A stretch of DNA of 64,000 nt from assembly GCA_001662655.1 (NCBI GenBank), contig KV460245.1. One strand, given 5' to 3'. Below are positions 12,130 through 24,044 of the stretch, piece by piece (position 1 is the stretch's first letter; each line of letters starts with the position of its first letter). The notes beneath the pieces were generated by a model. The model worked only from the letters and a program-made list of their open reading frames with translations. It was not told the origin of the DNA and did not search any database. Both the position numbers and the translations under genes were made by a program. The DNA is from Pseudogymnoascus verrucosus. Lineage: Eukaryota.

Positions 12130-12670
12130 ATGACGAAGATCAACAGCTGTACGTTACGATTGACTCTACTATTCGCATCTATGTTATGCGCTTTAGAATC
12201 ATGGAAACCAGACTGACCAGACCTCAGCCCTCCACTCCTCCCGCAGGAAGTCGCGCAAGTCGCACTTCAGCGCCCCATCCAGTGTTCGCCGCACTATCAT
12301 GAGCGCCCCTCTCAGCAAGGAGCTCCGTGAGAAGTACAACGTAAGTATATGGCGCCAGCCAGCACCAGAATCTGTCTAACAGAGTCAGGTTCGCTCGATC
12401 CCAATCCGCAAGGATGACGAGGTCACCATCGTTCGTGGCTCCAACAAGGGTCGTGAGGGAAAGATCACCACCGTCTACCGTCTCAAGTACATCGTTCACG
12501 TCGAGCGTGTTGTCCGCGAGAAGTCCTCTGGACAGTCCGTCCCGCTCGGCATCCACCCCTCCAAGGTCGTCATCACCAAGCTCAAGCTTGACAAGGACCG
12601 TGAGGCCATCTTGGAGCGCATCAAGACCGGTCGCGAGATCAAGGAGAAGCTCAAGTCCAAGTCGGAGTAA
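12130..12670 (+). CDS. RPL26: 60S ribosomal protein L26 (uL24)
   Basis: [61 protein letters not shown]...[18 protein letters not shown]. Two introns; stop TAA at 12668-12670. Confidence 0.95.
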
Positions 12671-13433
12671 ATACTGGACTCGAATATAAAACAATAAAGG
12701 CAACGTGAAACTCGGTTATATCGGAGCTTGGGAAATGGTGTTACGGGCATACTATATCGGGCTGATTCAGCAATTTTTGCGGCAGCAAATCGCCGGCAAT
12801 GCGTTAGGCATGGGCTTTGGCGCAATTCAATCGATCAATAATATGGCCGTTTCACATCCACCGTGCTTGCACGTCTGGTTCATACTGTGAAATGCTCCAT
12901 GGGAGTTATCCCGAAGTTGGCTCCGCGTTCAGCGCTGCTCGTCTGCTTCTTTCTATTAGCCCATCTGGTTAATTCCTCCCTTCCCCAATTTTCTTATTCC
13001 TTCCCCACCTCCCAGCTTTTCTCTCTCCTGTCATTTCCATCCCTTTCTGGCACCTTTTGCCTTACCCCTTGGTCCGCAAGTCTATCTACCCGTGGATAGG
13101 GTTACAGGCAGTCCATTCCACGCCCAGTTATAACCGCGATTTCTTCCCCAACGGATTTCGCGGTAAAAAAGTGGCGCAGAGTAACCCCTGTAGAGTGTTA
13201 TTTCTTCATTGAAGTCCGCGCTATATCCTGCCTGCAGACCGCCCTCTAGACCCATAGTCTGTTAAGAGCGTCGGTTTGATGGTGTGAGACAGTAATCGTA
13301 TGTCAACCGGTGAAGTAGTATTGAGACCACTAACTTGTAGATATGATAAATTGATGTATTAGATCGCTACTTCATTATAATAAAACTACAAAACTACCGA
13401 TTACTCTCTGTCCTATTCATTGCCTCTCTCTGA

Positions 13434-14252
13434 TCACCACTTCTCAATAAATGGTCGAATGTCGATTTCCTGAGTCCATGCACTTCGAGGTTGAGTATGA
13501 AGCCAATAGTAGGCATCCGCGATTGCGTCCGGCGCAATTGTACCATCCTCTTCACCTCCATTCACCTTCCACCCCGACTCCTTAAGCCTAGGCGTATCAA
13601 TGGCACCGTCAATAATTGCATGTGCTACATGCACACCCTTGGGTCCAAACTCTCTAGCAAGTGACTGCGTGGTGGCACGCAGGGCGAACTTGCCCGAGGC
13701 GAAGGAGGAGCATAGTGCAGAGCCCTTGAGTGATGCCGTGGCGCCGGTGACCAGCAAGCTAGGCGGGTTCGGGACAGCCTCTTTGAGCGCCGCTGTCTCG
13801 AGAAGAAGTGGCAGGGTGCCGTGCGCGAAGTTGAAGAAGCCTCTGCCGCCGGCCTCGAAGCCTGCAGAGTACTCTTCCTCGGTCAATTCCAGGAATGGCT
13901 TGCGGACGAACTTGCCGCCCACATTGTAGACTGCGGCTGCGAGGTTCTTGTTGGCGGTCTCTGCGGCGATGGCCTTGAGTGCCGAGGAGACGGAGGAGGC
14001 GGATGATACGTCAGTGCTGATGCCTACTGCATTGCGGCCGCTGGCTTTGATCTCCTTGACGATCGAGTCGTAGGACTCGGGTGAGCGAGCGAGGAGGAAG
14101 ACAGTGGGGTAGGCAGCGGAGAACTTGAGGGCGAGGGAGCGTCCTGTTTGTTTGTCAGTGGGTTTGGATAGCTAGCCTGCAGATTGGGAGGATAGCAGAC
14201 CTGTGCCACCACCAACACCCGCGATGATCGCATATAAGTTAGAGGCCGCCAT
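13434..14252 (-). CDS. Short-chain dehydrogenase/reductase
   Basis: MAASNLYAIIAGVGGGTG (Rossmann glycine motif), intron 14144-14200, then AVYNVG, TGATASLKG, FASGKFALR, REFGPKGVHVAHAIIDG and EIDIRPFIEKW. Confidence 0.88.
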
Positions 14253-14583
14253 TTGTGAAATTAAGTTTGGATATTACTTTTGATTGTAAGACGCGCTTAA
14301 TATAACAAGACAGCACAAGCTTGCGAGTAGAGAGCTATAATCAAATATGGGCATTAACGTAGGTGCTCTCGGTTTATATACAGCAGCAAGTTATAAGCGC
14401 ATCACTGATTATCAATAAATGTAGCATCAATATTAAGTATCTATGGTGTCATAGCGAATGGTTAGCTTGTTCGTCGTCGGGACTCGGGGTTATGCGGGGT
14501 GCGGCTTAATAATGCGGGGTGTGTTTAGTAATCAGTCCTAAATTATACATTGCATAACGAAACTCTCGGCGAGTTCCATTACT

Positions 14584-15591
14584 CTATCTACACTTCTTCT
14601 CTGAAACAAGCTCTTCCATGGCCCCTTCGAAATGTTTAAACATGGTATAATGAGTGTCATCTTTGAACTCATGATAGATACAATGAGGTAGTTTTTTCAC
14701 CATGTACCTTATTAACTCCACTGGCGCATTCGTATCTTTTGCCCCATGCCAGATTATGACCGGATTGTGTCGCACACTCTCAAATGAGAAGCCCCAATCA
14801 TTCGAACTAAGTAGCCTAGCCTCTTCAACCGCCGCTTTGCCGCCCTGAGCAAAAGGCTCCTCAAGCAAAGCGTGTACCAGTTCAAGTCTACGCTCCGCTG
14901 TTGTCTTCTTGTGTGTGATCATAGCCGAAGTTTTGTTCACATCCTGATGGCTGTCCTCCTTATTCTTGTCTTCCTGCTCCAACCAGCGATCAATCCGCCT
15001 CGATACAGGCCCCGAATGGACCACCCACGTCGAAACGCGCACTAAGACATCGAAGAGTATTCTGAGACCGGTTGGCCAGTATATCGCCATCGTTCGGGCT
15101 ACCCGTCTGTATATCGAGTTGTAATGTGCACCACCAACCCACGGAGGTCCGCTCGCAAAAAGGCCGACGCCAGCAAGCGTTTCCTGTGGCAATCCATGTG
15201 CGCAAGCCAGTGCATACGGTCCCCCGCCCGAGGCTCCAAGCACAGCAAAGCGTGATAGCTGCATGCTTTTTGCGAATGCCGAGACGTCCGCAGGCCAGTC
15301 CGTGATGCTTCGATTGGGCTGCGGTGTGGACAAACCAAAGCCGGGTCGGTCGAGTGCTAATATGCGGGTGTTGTGCCTTTGAGCTATGTCGTCGATTGCG
15401 TAGGCTTCGAGGCGGCAGGATGGGTAGCCGTGGAAATAGAGGAGTGGTGTCCCATTGTGGTCGCCATACTCGGCGTAGCCTAGCTGGCGGCCATCTGGCA
15501 GAGTGAAGGTTTGGTTTTGACGAGCGTAAGTTGACATTGGCGAGCGGAATGACAACGTTTTGATATTTCTTGCCGTGTATTGAATGGCCAT
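14584..15591 (-). CDS. Alpha/beta-fold hydrolase
   Basis: LPDGRQLGYAEYG, YFHGYPSCRLE, DRPGFGLS, nucleophile motif GASGG, WHGAKD and the catalytic His region DDTHY. The start is uncertain (15591 or the MSTY ATG about 54 nt further on). Confidence 0.85.
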   Translation of the reverse strand: MAIQYTARNIKTLSFRSPMSTYARQNQTFTLPDGRQLGYAEYGDHNGTPLLYFHGYPSCRLEAYAIDDIAQRHNTRILALDRPGFGLSTPQPNRSITDWPADVSAFAKSMQLSRFAVLGASGGGPYALACAHGLPQETLAGVGLFASGPPWVGGAHYNSIYRRVARTMAIYWPTGLRILFDVLVRVSTWVVHSGPVSRRIDRWLEQEDKNKEDSHQDVNKTSAMITHKKTTAERRLELVHALLEEPFAQGGKAAVEEARLLSSNDWGFSFESVRHNPVIIWHGAKDTNAPVELIRYMVKKLPHCIYHEFKDDTHYTMFKHFEGAMEELVSEKKCR

Positions 15592-15926
15592 GCTCAATAT
15601 AAATGTAATTGATGCGACTTTGGCGGCATCTGTGAAGAAAGAGGACATGTGCTTTATATAGGTATCATGCTTGATTGCACCGCCATAATACAGTTTAGCC
15701 CCGTGTGTCACCTTAGTCCCTCAAGACGATCCTATGACTTAATAGTAATATTAATATTGCTAAATCACTTGCTTCATCCATTAAATACAATCATTTAAAA
15801 TGTGAGAAGCCGTAAGCGGGCTGTGATTGGCTAGGACGGGTACAATCCGTCGTAAGCTCGTATCTCGTAATCTCGTAATCCCGTAACCTCGCGGAACACC
15901 AATTCTGAACATGAACATTCATCACT

Positions 15927-17105
15927 ATGTCAACTCGTCGCCAGCATGCGAAGTCACGCAAAGGGTGTATAATATGCAAGGCTCGTCATGTCAGGTGTGA
16001 TGAGACCGGTCCTCCTTGTGGGCGTTGTAAAATCCGTGGAGATGTCTGCGAGTATGCTGGCCCGCGATCAAGTACTGAGGACGTTGCCGCTTCAACCTCT
16101 GTAAGCCAGGAGCCAGTGGGATCTATCTCAGCGAGACCTCGTGAGGTGATTTTCCCGGCCAATAGTCATCTATTAGAGTTGCAGCTCATGCACCGATGGA
16201 CCGCCTCAACATACAAATGCTGTTGCACGCCCGGGGCTGAGGACGATGAGGTTTGGCAGTCCTGGGTGCCACAACTCGCCATCAAACATGACTACCTCTT
16301 ATATGGGCTCTTGTCTCTTACCTCATTCGAAATTGCGAGGTTGGCGCAGACGCCTCACCGCCAACAATATATTGAAGCGGCGACTGAATATCATGGACTT
16401 GCGCTGAGCAGCTTCCGTGTTCAAATATCTTCTTCTATCATCGACGACGACAACATCGATGCTGCGGTTTGCATGTCACTGATGCTTTTGGTTTTAGGAT
16501 TTGCGTCGGCACAGACTAGAGCTACAAATCCATCAGGCGATGAGAGCGATAGTGTGATACAAACAGTTCTTGTCAATGTCGAGCTGCTACGCGGATGCAC
16601 CCCAATAATTGAAAGCAAACAAGACTACCTGTTGGAGAATCCATATGTGCGAAAATTGAAGCCATTTGAAAGCTTGCCCCGGAGTCCGCTTGATCCAAGT
16701 GTGGAAGGGGCACTTGTCATGTTAGCCAACCTCAATGACAAGAGAATCACATCATCAGTCCGTGACACAGTTTCTCAAAGAGCTCAGCAAGTTGAATACT
16801 GGGAAGTTTGTAAGGCCGCATTAGGTCTTCTTCAGACGATGTATGAGAAGTGTGTCGATGATTTTACCCGCGGCTATGCTCTTGGTTGGTTAAACATGGC
16901 TGGTGATAGATATATTGAAGCGGTCAAAGATGGCGACGCCGCCGCGTTGCTAATACTCATGTATTGGGGGGTGTTGGTAGAGAAATGTGGACATCAGGTC
17001 TGGTGGGCAGAGCAATTTGGGAGCTCGCTGGTGGCTGAGATAGCTTGTTTGCCGCTTTTTAAAGACGCTGATGCCGTTGTCCAGGATCTTATCCTACGAG
17101 CATGA
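15927..17105 (+). CDS. Zn(II)2Cys6 transcription factor (Upc2/Ecm22-like architecture)
   Basis: RRQHAKSRKGCIICKARHVRCDETGPPCGRCKIRGDVC, then LELQLMHRW, WVPQLAIKHDYLL and LLILMYWGVL. Intronless; divergent from the hydrolase. Confidence 0.85.
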   Translation: MSTRRQHAKSRKGCIICKARHVRCDETGPPCGRCKIRGDVCEYAGPRSSTEDVAASTSVSQEPVGSISARPREVIFPANSHLLELQLMHRWTASTYKCCCTPGAEDDEVWQSWVPQLAIKHDYLLYGLLSLTSFEIARLAQTPHRQQYIEAATEYHGLALSSFRVQISSSIIDDDNIDAAVCMSLMLLVLGFASAQTRATNPSGDESDSVIQTVLVNVELLRGCTPIIESKQDYLLENPYVRKLKPFESLPRSPLDPSVEGALVMLANLNDKRITSSVRDTVSQRAQQVEYWEVCKAALGLLQTMYEKCVDDFTRGYALGWLNMAGDRYIEAVKDGDAAALLILMYWGVLVEKCGHQVWWAEQFGSSLVAEIACLPLFKDADAVVQDLILRA

Positions 17106-17714
17106 CAGCATACATAAGCAGCAATAGTACTAATGTTATAATTTTCAATTTTTGTACAACAGAATCATAAAAGGAATATAAGGAATATTTCAAGAATGGG
17201 ACATCCCAACCTTCATTTTCTCCCCCAGTTGACAGCTTGAAAAATATATTATAATGCCTTTATTGACTAAAACCAAAGGGCGTCTCTGCATCATATCCCG
17301 TTCCTTACGATTCGGAGCCCAAGATGCAAAATTCATGATGGTACTTCGTTGACCACGAAGGCTGGCGCCGGCCGCAGCCTCGCGATCGGTCGACCTGGTG
17401 GTAGCCAATCAGACGCGCTAATAGACCGGAATATGCACGAGCCTCCCAACCACACCAGGAGCACAGGCGACGAGGCTCATCCCATCCAAGACGGGGATTG
17501 TATAGCTGTAAAGAGTCGAAATGGCCCAACGCCCTTCAAAGTCTGCCACTATTAATGAGAATGCATAATGCGCTGTATATTTGATGCTTGTAGTGACAAA
17601 TGTGGTGTGTCTTCTCCTAGCCGGGGAAGCCAACAGTAAGTTATGCTCGGCATGGCGAAAGCCCCCATATCTATGGTTGCGCCCACGGCATGACGATTAT
17701 CTGACGCGCATTAG

Positions 17715-20700
17715 ATGGCCCATATGACAAACAATAATTATAACTACGGCAGCAACTACCCTCCTGGCAATAACCGGGCGCCTACTTCCCAGCAAGGCTT
17801 CGCGACTTCCAGTGCGACGGCTGGGGATCCATACCATGGCGCAAAAACGACCGCGACGCCAACACGAACGTACCCAAATAATGATTACCAGTATCAGCAA
17901 TACCCACAACAGGCCAGCGCGAATAACGGCGGTGGGTATAATTGGGGTGTTTACTCTGGGGGGAAGGCGACTGCGGCCACTGGCATGGAGAGCTTAAGCA
18001 ATCCCAGTGTCCCCGAACAAACCCTTAGCACTACGACCAAGTCAAACGCGCAGAATACCTATGATACAAGCGGCCCGGGAAATCTAGCCTACGCTTCAGG
18101 TCTCAATTATAACTCTGCTGCGGAAATGGCGCAAAATACGGCGAGATACTCTGGGGCGAGTGTGTACCAGAACACCCCCTCACAAGTCAACGATCGTCCA
18201 AGGCAAGATAGCACCAACTCAAGGGCTTCACCGGCTACTGGAATCCACTCGCAGATACATGCCCCTGCGCCAGCTGCGGGGATAAAAAAAGGAGCTGAAT
18301 ATAATCTCCCAACGCCGTCGCCTGCGTATCCTCAGTCTCTGATAAACTCATATCCTCAACGCTCTACCAATACGACGATGCCCAGTGGGGGAACCACTGT
18401 CACATCGAGAGCCCCGCACACGATGGAACCGTCTTCTCGGAACATACAACAATGCCAGTATGCACCGTATACCCCATCGCAACCTCAAAAGCCAGCGGCA
18501 GCGAGGGCTTTTAAGCAGGAGCAAAGTCGCCAGAAGTCGACACCCCCAGTGGCACCCGTAGCCAGGAGTACTGCGAATACAAGTTCAAATGCATATATTA
18601 ACCAACCGCGCTCGCAGGCCGCTCGCGGCCCAAATAACCAGAGTGGGAGGGCAATCCAAACCTGCCCTCCGCCAGCCGCCACTTTGCCTCCTGCTAAGAT
18701 GCCTACAAATGTGATCCGTAGAATAAGCGATGGACAAACGCCTACTACACAAAATATTAATAGCCAACCAAATAAATACCAGCCTGCGCCTACCTCCCAG
18801 CTGCCACCAACGTCCAACTATCTCCCGCTGCCCACGCAGGTATCAACTGCTCGCAACCAACAACTTCCACAGCCACAGAGACGGCCATCACCAGACAGAC
18901 CAACCACTGTAGACCCCAGCCATGTTTATAATAGCTACCATGAGTATCAGAAACAAATAGAAGCCGCAGAAGCGGAGGCAGCGAGACTCGCCAAATTAAA
19001 GGAGATGGCGGCTGCAGAAGAACAACAACAGCAAGAAGCTTTAAGAGCCCAGCAGCAAAGGGAAAGAGCAGATATGACAGGGGCCGCGGTCGAAGCAGCA
19101 ATGACGCTTACCCATGCCATGTCTGCCAATAATGCAGCAGAACCAGAATCCGAGTCTGAAGAGAGCGAGGAGGACGACCAAGGACAAGATTCTAACAATG
19201 CTGACGAAGACAATGAAGACGAGCAGCAGGATACTGCAGTGCCTACTTCTGAGAACATATCTCATCCTGTGTCGGCGGCACCAGTTAATTCGAAGGGGAA
19301 AGCCTCGGCTCCATCCATACCAAAGCAAATGGCAGGACCGCCGGAGCCGCCAAAAGATGATACTGCGGTGACAATGGAGGAAGAGATGCGGAGGATGGTT
19401 GAAAGACTACGAGACTACCAGTCAAAAGATCCTAAGCTATTCCTCCGGGTCTGGTCCTCAGTGAGGAAAACCGGCGCCGGGCAATCACCTCAGCCACAGG
19501 CAGAAGGATCTCAAACCCAAGGCAGCCCAGTGACACAATCAGTCGAAGCTCCATTGAAGAGTCCAACTTCAGTCGTTTCTCAGCCAGCAGAAGCACCTAA
19601 AGCTACTCCGGTTGTTTCAGCACCAGTGTCTGCACCTGCACCATCCCCCGCACCAAAGGGCAAAAAGGCAACACTGCAAAGCCCGGGCAGTTCCCAGTCA
19701 CCATCAACACAGGCTAAGCCTTTGACTAAAGAAGCTATCAATGCTAGGAGGAGGGAAAAGCGGCCTAGCAGGTCAAGGAAAGCGTTGGCTGAGCGCGCAG
19801 CTGCTGAACTTGCAGAGGCTGAGGCTAAGATAGCAGCAGCGGCTGCGGCGGCGACCGCTGCGGCTTCTACCACGATACCTGCTGCACAAGAGCATGCGCT
19901 TGTGACACCTGGCAAGCCGGATGTGGTTGGATCCCAAGAGACTAATAAATCTACCACGAACACCCCTGGAGTAGCATCCATTGCCCAACCACCCCGGAGG
20001 GCTTCCTCTAGTACAGCAACGCCAGTCGTTGTAAATACTGCGGCGGCTAGCAGAAAGCCAGTCAACAGCAGCCAACAGACACTGGCTGCGACATCGCAGA
20101 TCACAGGCCGTGCTGCAATTCTGCCATCATCTCAGCAAGGTTCGACATGGCCCACAGATAAGAGAGACGCAATCGCAATAACGGCCGCGACTGTTCTCAA
20201 TGAGATCCCAGAGAATACTGGGAAGGAAATCTTGGCACGACAAATCCGGGACATGCTGGAAGGCAACCCGAGTTACCTTGAGTTGTGTGAAATGATTGAG
20301 AAACTGGGATTCAAAATGGATAGAGCACGGTTTGCCAAAACTTTACTTGCTATCTTACCCAGCGGTTCCAAGCCTAGGCCTCAACCACCTCGTCCTGCGG
20401 CCGTGACCCCAACATTATGGCAAACGGCCTCTGTTACCTCTGCACCTCAAGCACAAGCGTCCCAGCAGAATACCCCACAACCAATACTACCACCTGCGGC
20501 AGGGGTAGCACCAGGGCAGGCTGCGAGAATATCTCCATTGACACCTGGGACCACACAAGCTCCACCACAGGCCAGCCAGACGCCGGGTTCTGGGACTCCT
20601 AATAATGGGATAGAGCGTCGCCCAGTGGGTAGGCCACGAAAAGATGGGCTGCCTCCGATGTCTCCATTTAGTGGTTCGAGGGTGGGTCGTGGACCGGTCA

Positions 20701-23409
20701 GGCCACGAAAAGACGGGCAGCCTGCGGAGTCTCCATATCCTGCTGTGGAAGCAGGTCGTGGACGAGGCAGGCCACGAAATGACGAACGGCTTGTAGATGA
20801 GCAGTCTATATATCCTTCGCGTGCAGAGGAGGGACAAGAAAATCATGTGGCTCCTGTACCAGCCGTTCAAGGAGCGCCTAATGCAGCCACAACTGCCACT
20901 ACAACAGCGCCTGATACGTCTAAATCAGTAGCCACAGATTCGCCAAATTCACCGGCCCAGGCCCCTCTGCCTACATCAGTAACCGCTACTTCGCCAAATG
21001 CACCAGGTCTACACCCTCAGTCAGCGCTAGCAACTACAGCTCCGCCGAATGCATCAGCAACAGCAGCGCCGCCAACTGCGACAGAACAGCCAAATGCACC
21101 GCGTGCTTCCGAGGGCCTAGGACGCTCAGCTCCATTGACTACCGAAGAGATACACCACATGTCGCTCCTACAGGCTGATGTGGGCATGGGCAAACCCAGG
21201 CGAGTATCAAAACCAGACTCGGGGGGAGCTGGTAATACTTATTCGTCCCCATACCAAAACGATGTTGCTCCTCCTCCTAAAGGTGGTTGGAAGACATGGC
21301 GAGACTCAACAGCAAACTCAACAACAACACCAACACATCCTTATCCCACTCGTCACAATATTTCTAACCCAATACCGCATCCGCCTCATCACAATATTTC
21401 TAACCCAAGTCCTGCGATGGGTGGTCCTAGTCCACCTGTACAATATAATTCTCAATTTGGCACACCTACAGGACCGCATGGTCCTCCCCAGCATGGTCCT
21501 CCTCAGTATGGACCGCCTCAGTATGGGCCACCTCAGCATGGCCCATTCCTACCAGTGGCATATCCCTACCACCACCACGGAAAGCAGCTACTACCAAATG
21601 CATATGCTGCACCTCAACCGGCGTGGGCACCGGCACCGGTTCCTCCTGCAGCTCCTTTAACAAAGGAGGCACAAGCTAGGAAAAGGACCTTTGCTGAGAT
21701 TATTGACCTCACAAAAGGAGAATCCTCAGACAAAGGTGAGGTGCACAATGAGAAGAGGCAACGCGTTGATGCCACTGCCGGTGATCGGATCAATAATTTA
21801 TCCGTTGGGCACGGGCCAATAACAGGAGAGGTTCCAACGCGACCAAGACAACCTAAACCCCTCCCTTTTCAACATCACCATCAACCTCACTTAAATCCGC
21901 CTCCTCACAACAATACCACGAACATAACCGTCAATCCTCAAGTTCAAATCACTAGAAATCCACTTCTAGAATACGGCGGAATCGTAAAGAGCATTGATCG
22001 ATCCCTCGCCCTCCGCAGATCGCGTTACGACCCAAAGACCATCGCACGTGACATTCTCATTTCCACGGGCAAGCATCCTACACAAAGAGGCCTAAACGCG
22101 CATCTCAAGCAACTGAAAGAACGCTTCACAAAAGTCGATAACACATCCGATCTCAGCACCTTCCGCTGGGACATCGTCGACCCAGGCGGTGCAGAAGTGG
22201 GATCAGCAAACATGCCTCCGTACGGTCCTAACAAACCCGTCCCCTACCCTACTCCTCTCACTGAAGGTACGCATAAAAATTACGGTCCTAGCCGCCCAAG
22301 CGGTCTCCGCAATGAGACATCGCAGTCGAATTTTGCAATCGTAATCCCAGACGACACTAACGGCGATGATGAAGAAATGGAAGAGATCCCTGTTGAACCC
22401 GCCGCCGCACCGGCCCCTAAGCGCCGTGGCCGCCCTCCCCGTGACCCTAACGCGGTCATGCCTACGCCTGCTAAGCGCGTCCTGACTCGCACCCGCAGAA
22501 CCCCTGGTGGCCCAGCGTCAGCTGCCGCTGACGAAGACGAGCTCGAGCTCCCGGCTCCTAAGCGCCGTGGCCGTCCCCCTGCTAAGGATAAGCGTCCCGA
22601 GATCCCGTATTCTCGTCTCGGACAGCCGACTTTCATTCCGTTTCTATGTGAGTGGCGCGGTTGCAAGGCTGAGTTGATGAATCTTGAGACGTTGAGGAAG
22701 CATGTTTATGTTGTCCATGGGAAGGCGATTCGGATTAAGGAGTTTGTTCCTAAGTCATGTTTGTGGGGGAAGTGTGGGAAGAAATTTGAGTCTCGTGATG
22801 GAGATGGAGACGAGGAGATGGGTGGTGTAGTCCAGGAGGAGATTTTTGGGGACGAAGAGGCGTTTAAGGCTCATATGGAGAAAGCGCATATTGTGCCTGT
22901 GGCGTGGCACATGGGTGATGGGCCGCGCGGTACTACTACTGGTAAGTTCTATTTATTCCCTCTCCCCCGTTTTATTTTTCTTTACTCTATCTTTGTTTAC
23001 CCCCTACCACCCCACGTGACCCACAGTATCTAACAAAGCAAAAACAGACGGCAACGAATCCGACCACACCTCGTACCTCAACTCCCCCCTCACCGGCCGC
23101 CCCATCACCCCCTCCATCGCCAACCAAGGCATCACCACCACCATACCCCGTCGTCGCGGCCGCGCACCAGCTAGCGCAAAGACATGGACGCAGTGGGAGT
23201 ACTGGTGTGGACCTAAATATTTGTTGAAGGCTTCGCAGCGAAAGGGCAAGTTTAGGAGTACGTATGCCCAGGGGTGGAGGGGGGGAGAGGAGGAGGTGGA
23301 GAGGGTGTATGGGGGGGAGATGAGGAGTGCGGCGAGGGCGAAGGCAGGGGTTGTGGTTTATTCGAGGGAGATGCCTCAGGAGATGAGGGAGGCGTTGGGG
23401 GTGGAGTAA
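17715..23409 (+). CDS. Large low-complexity nuclear protein with several AT-hooks and C-terminal C2H2-like zinc fingers
   Basis: 1772-aa ORF with GRPRK, GRGRPR and KRRGRPP (x2) AT-hooks, FLCEWRGCKAELMNLETLRKHVYVVH and CLWGKC...H..KAH. Intron 22942-23047 extends the frame to the stop at 23409. Confidence 0.8.
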
Positions 23410-24044
23410 GGGAGGAGATGGGGAGTTGGCTGACGGACGGCGGGGATTGTTTTATCGGTGTGAGGTGTTGTTTGCTTTTCATTATACCCTCAATTTTCAG
23501 CGGTACTTGTACGGATTTTGTCAACTAGGGAGCTTGCTCGGGCTTGAGCTTGCTTGCTTTCGATTTGCTTGTTCTATGGCGTTTGGGAGAGGAAAAAGGG
23601 GGGGGGGGGGGTTATATGGAGTTGACGGGGGATGGGGGATGGATGGATGGAGGGTTATATGGGGTTGATGGATGGATGGATGGGGGATTGTACCATACTA
23701 AAGAGAGACTGGGTTCTGATGGTCTGTAAGTAGATAGGTAGATTGAGAAAATCAATCCAGTGATACAAACTACAGTTTCAGATGAACCGACGCATTTTAG
23801 AAGGTAGAATGCATAAGATAAAAAACTAGTCTTTTTTTATTCAACCTATTTCATCTATATGAGTCCCCCCAACCCAATCCCCCTTGCACATTTCCTTGGC
23901 AAAAATAAGAAACCATAATAACCCAATCCTATCCTAGGTGAGCAAACACACAAAAACAAAAGAAAATATAAAGTTCAACGGGTCCCCGAAATAAGCTTTT
24001 ATCAGCATCCCCCCTCCCTCCCCTCCACACCTTAATTCCCCCCC

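Noticed and set aside
12224..12703. 159-aa antisense ORF over RPL26, and similar long antisense ORFs over CYS3, NOP12, DEP1 and MscS
   Set aside because: Expected shadow ORFs from biased codon usage on the coding strand.
13075..13200. CTACCCGTGGATAGGG motif resembling the hAT subterminal repeats at the window start
   Set aside because: A single short match with no TIR or array.
23590..23690. G homopolymer and (GATG)n runs; similar simple repeats at 63836-63990
   Set aside because: Ordinary microsatellites within the G-rich blocks already reported.
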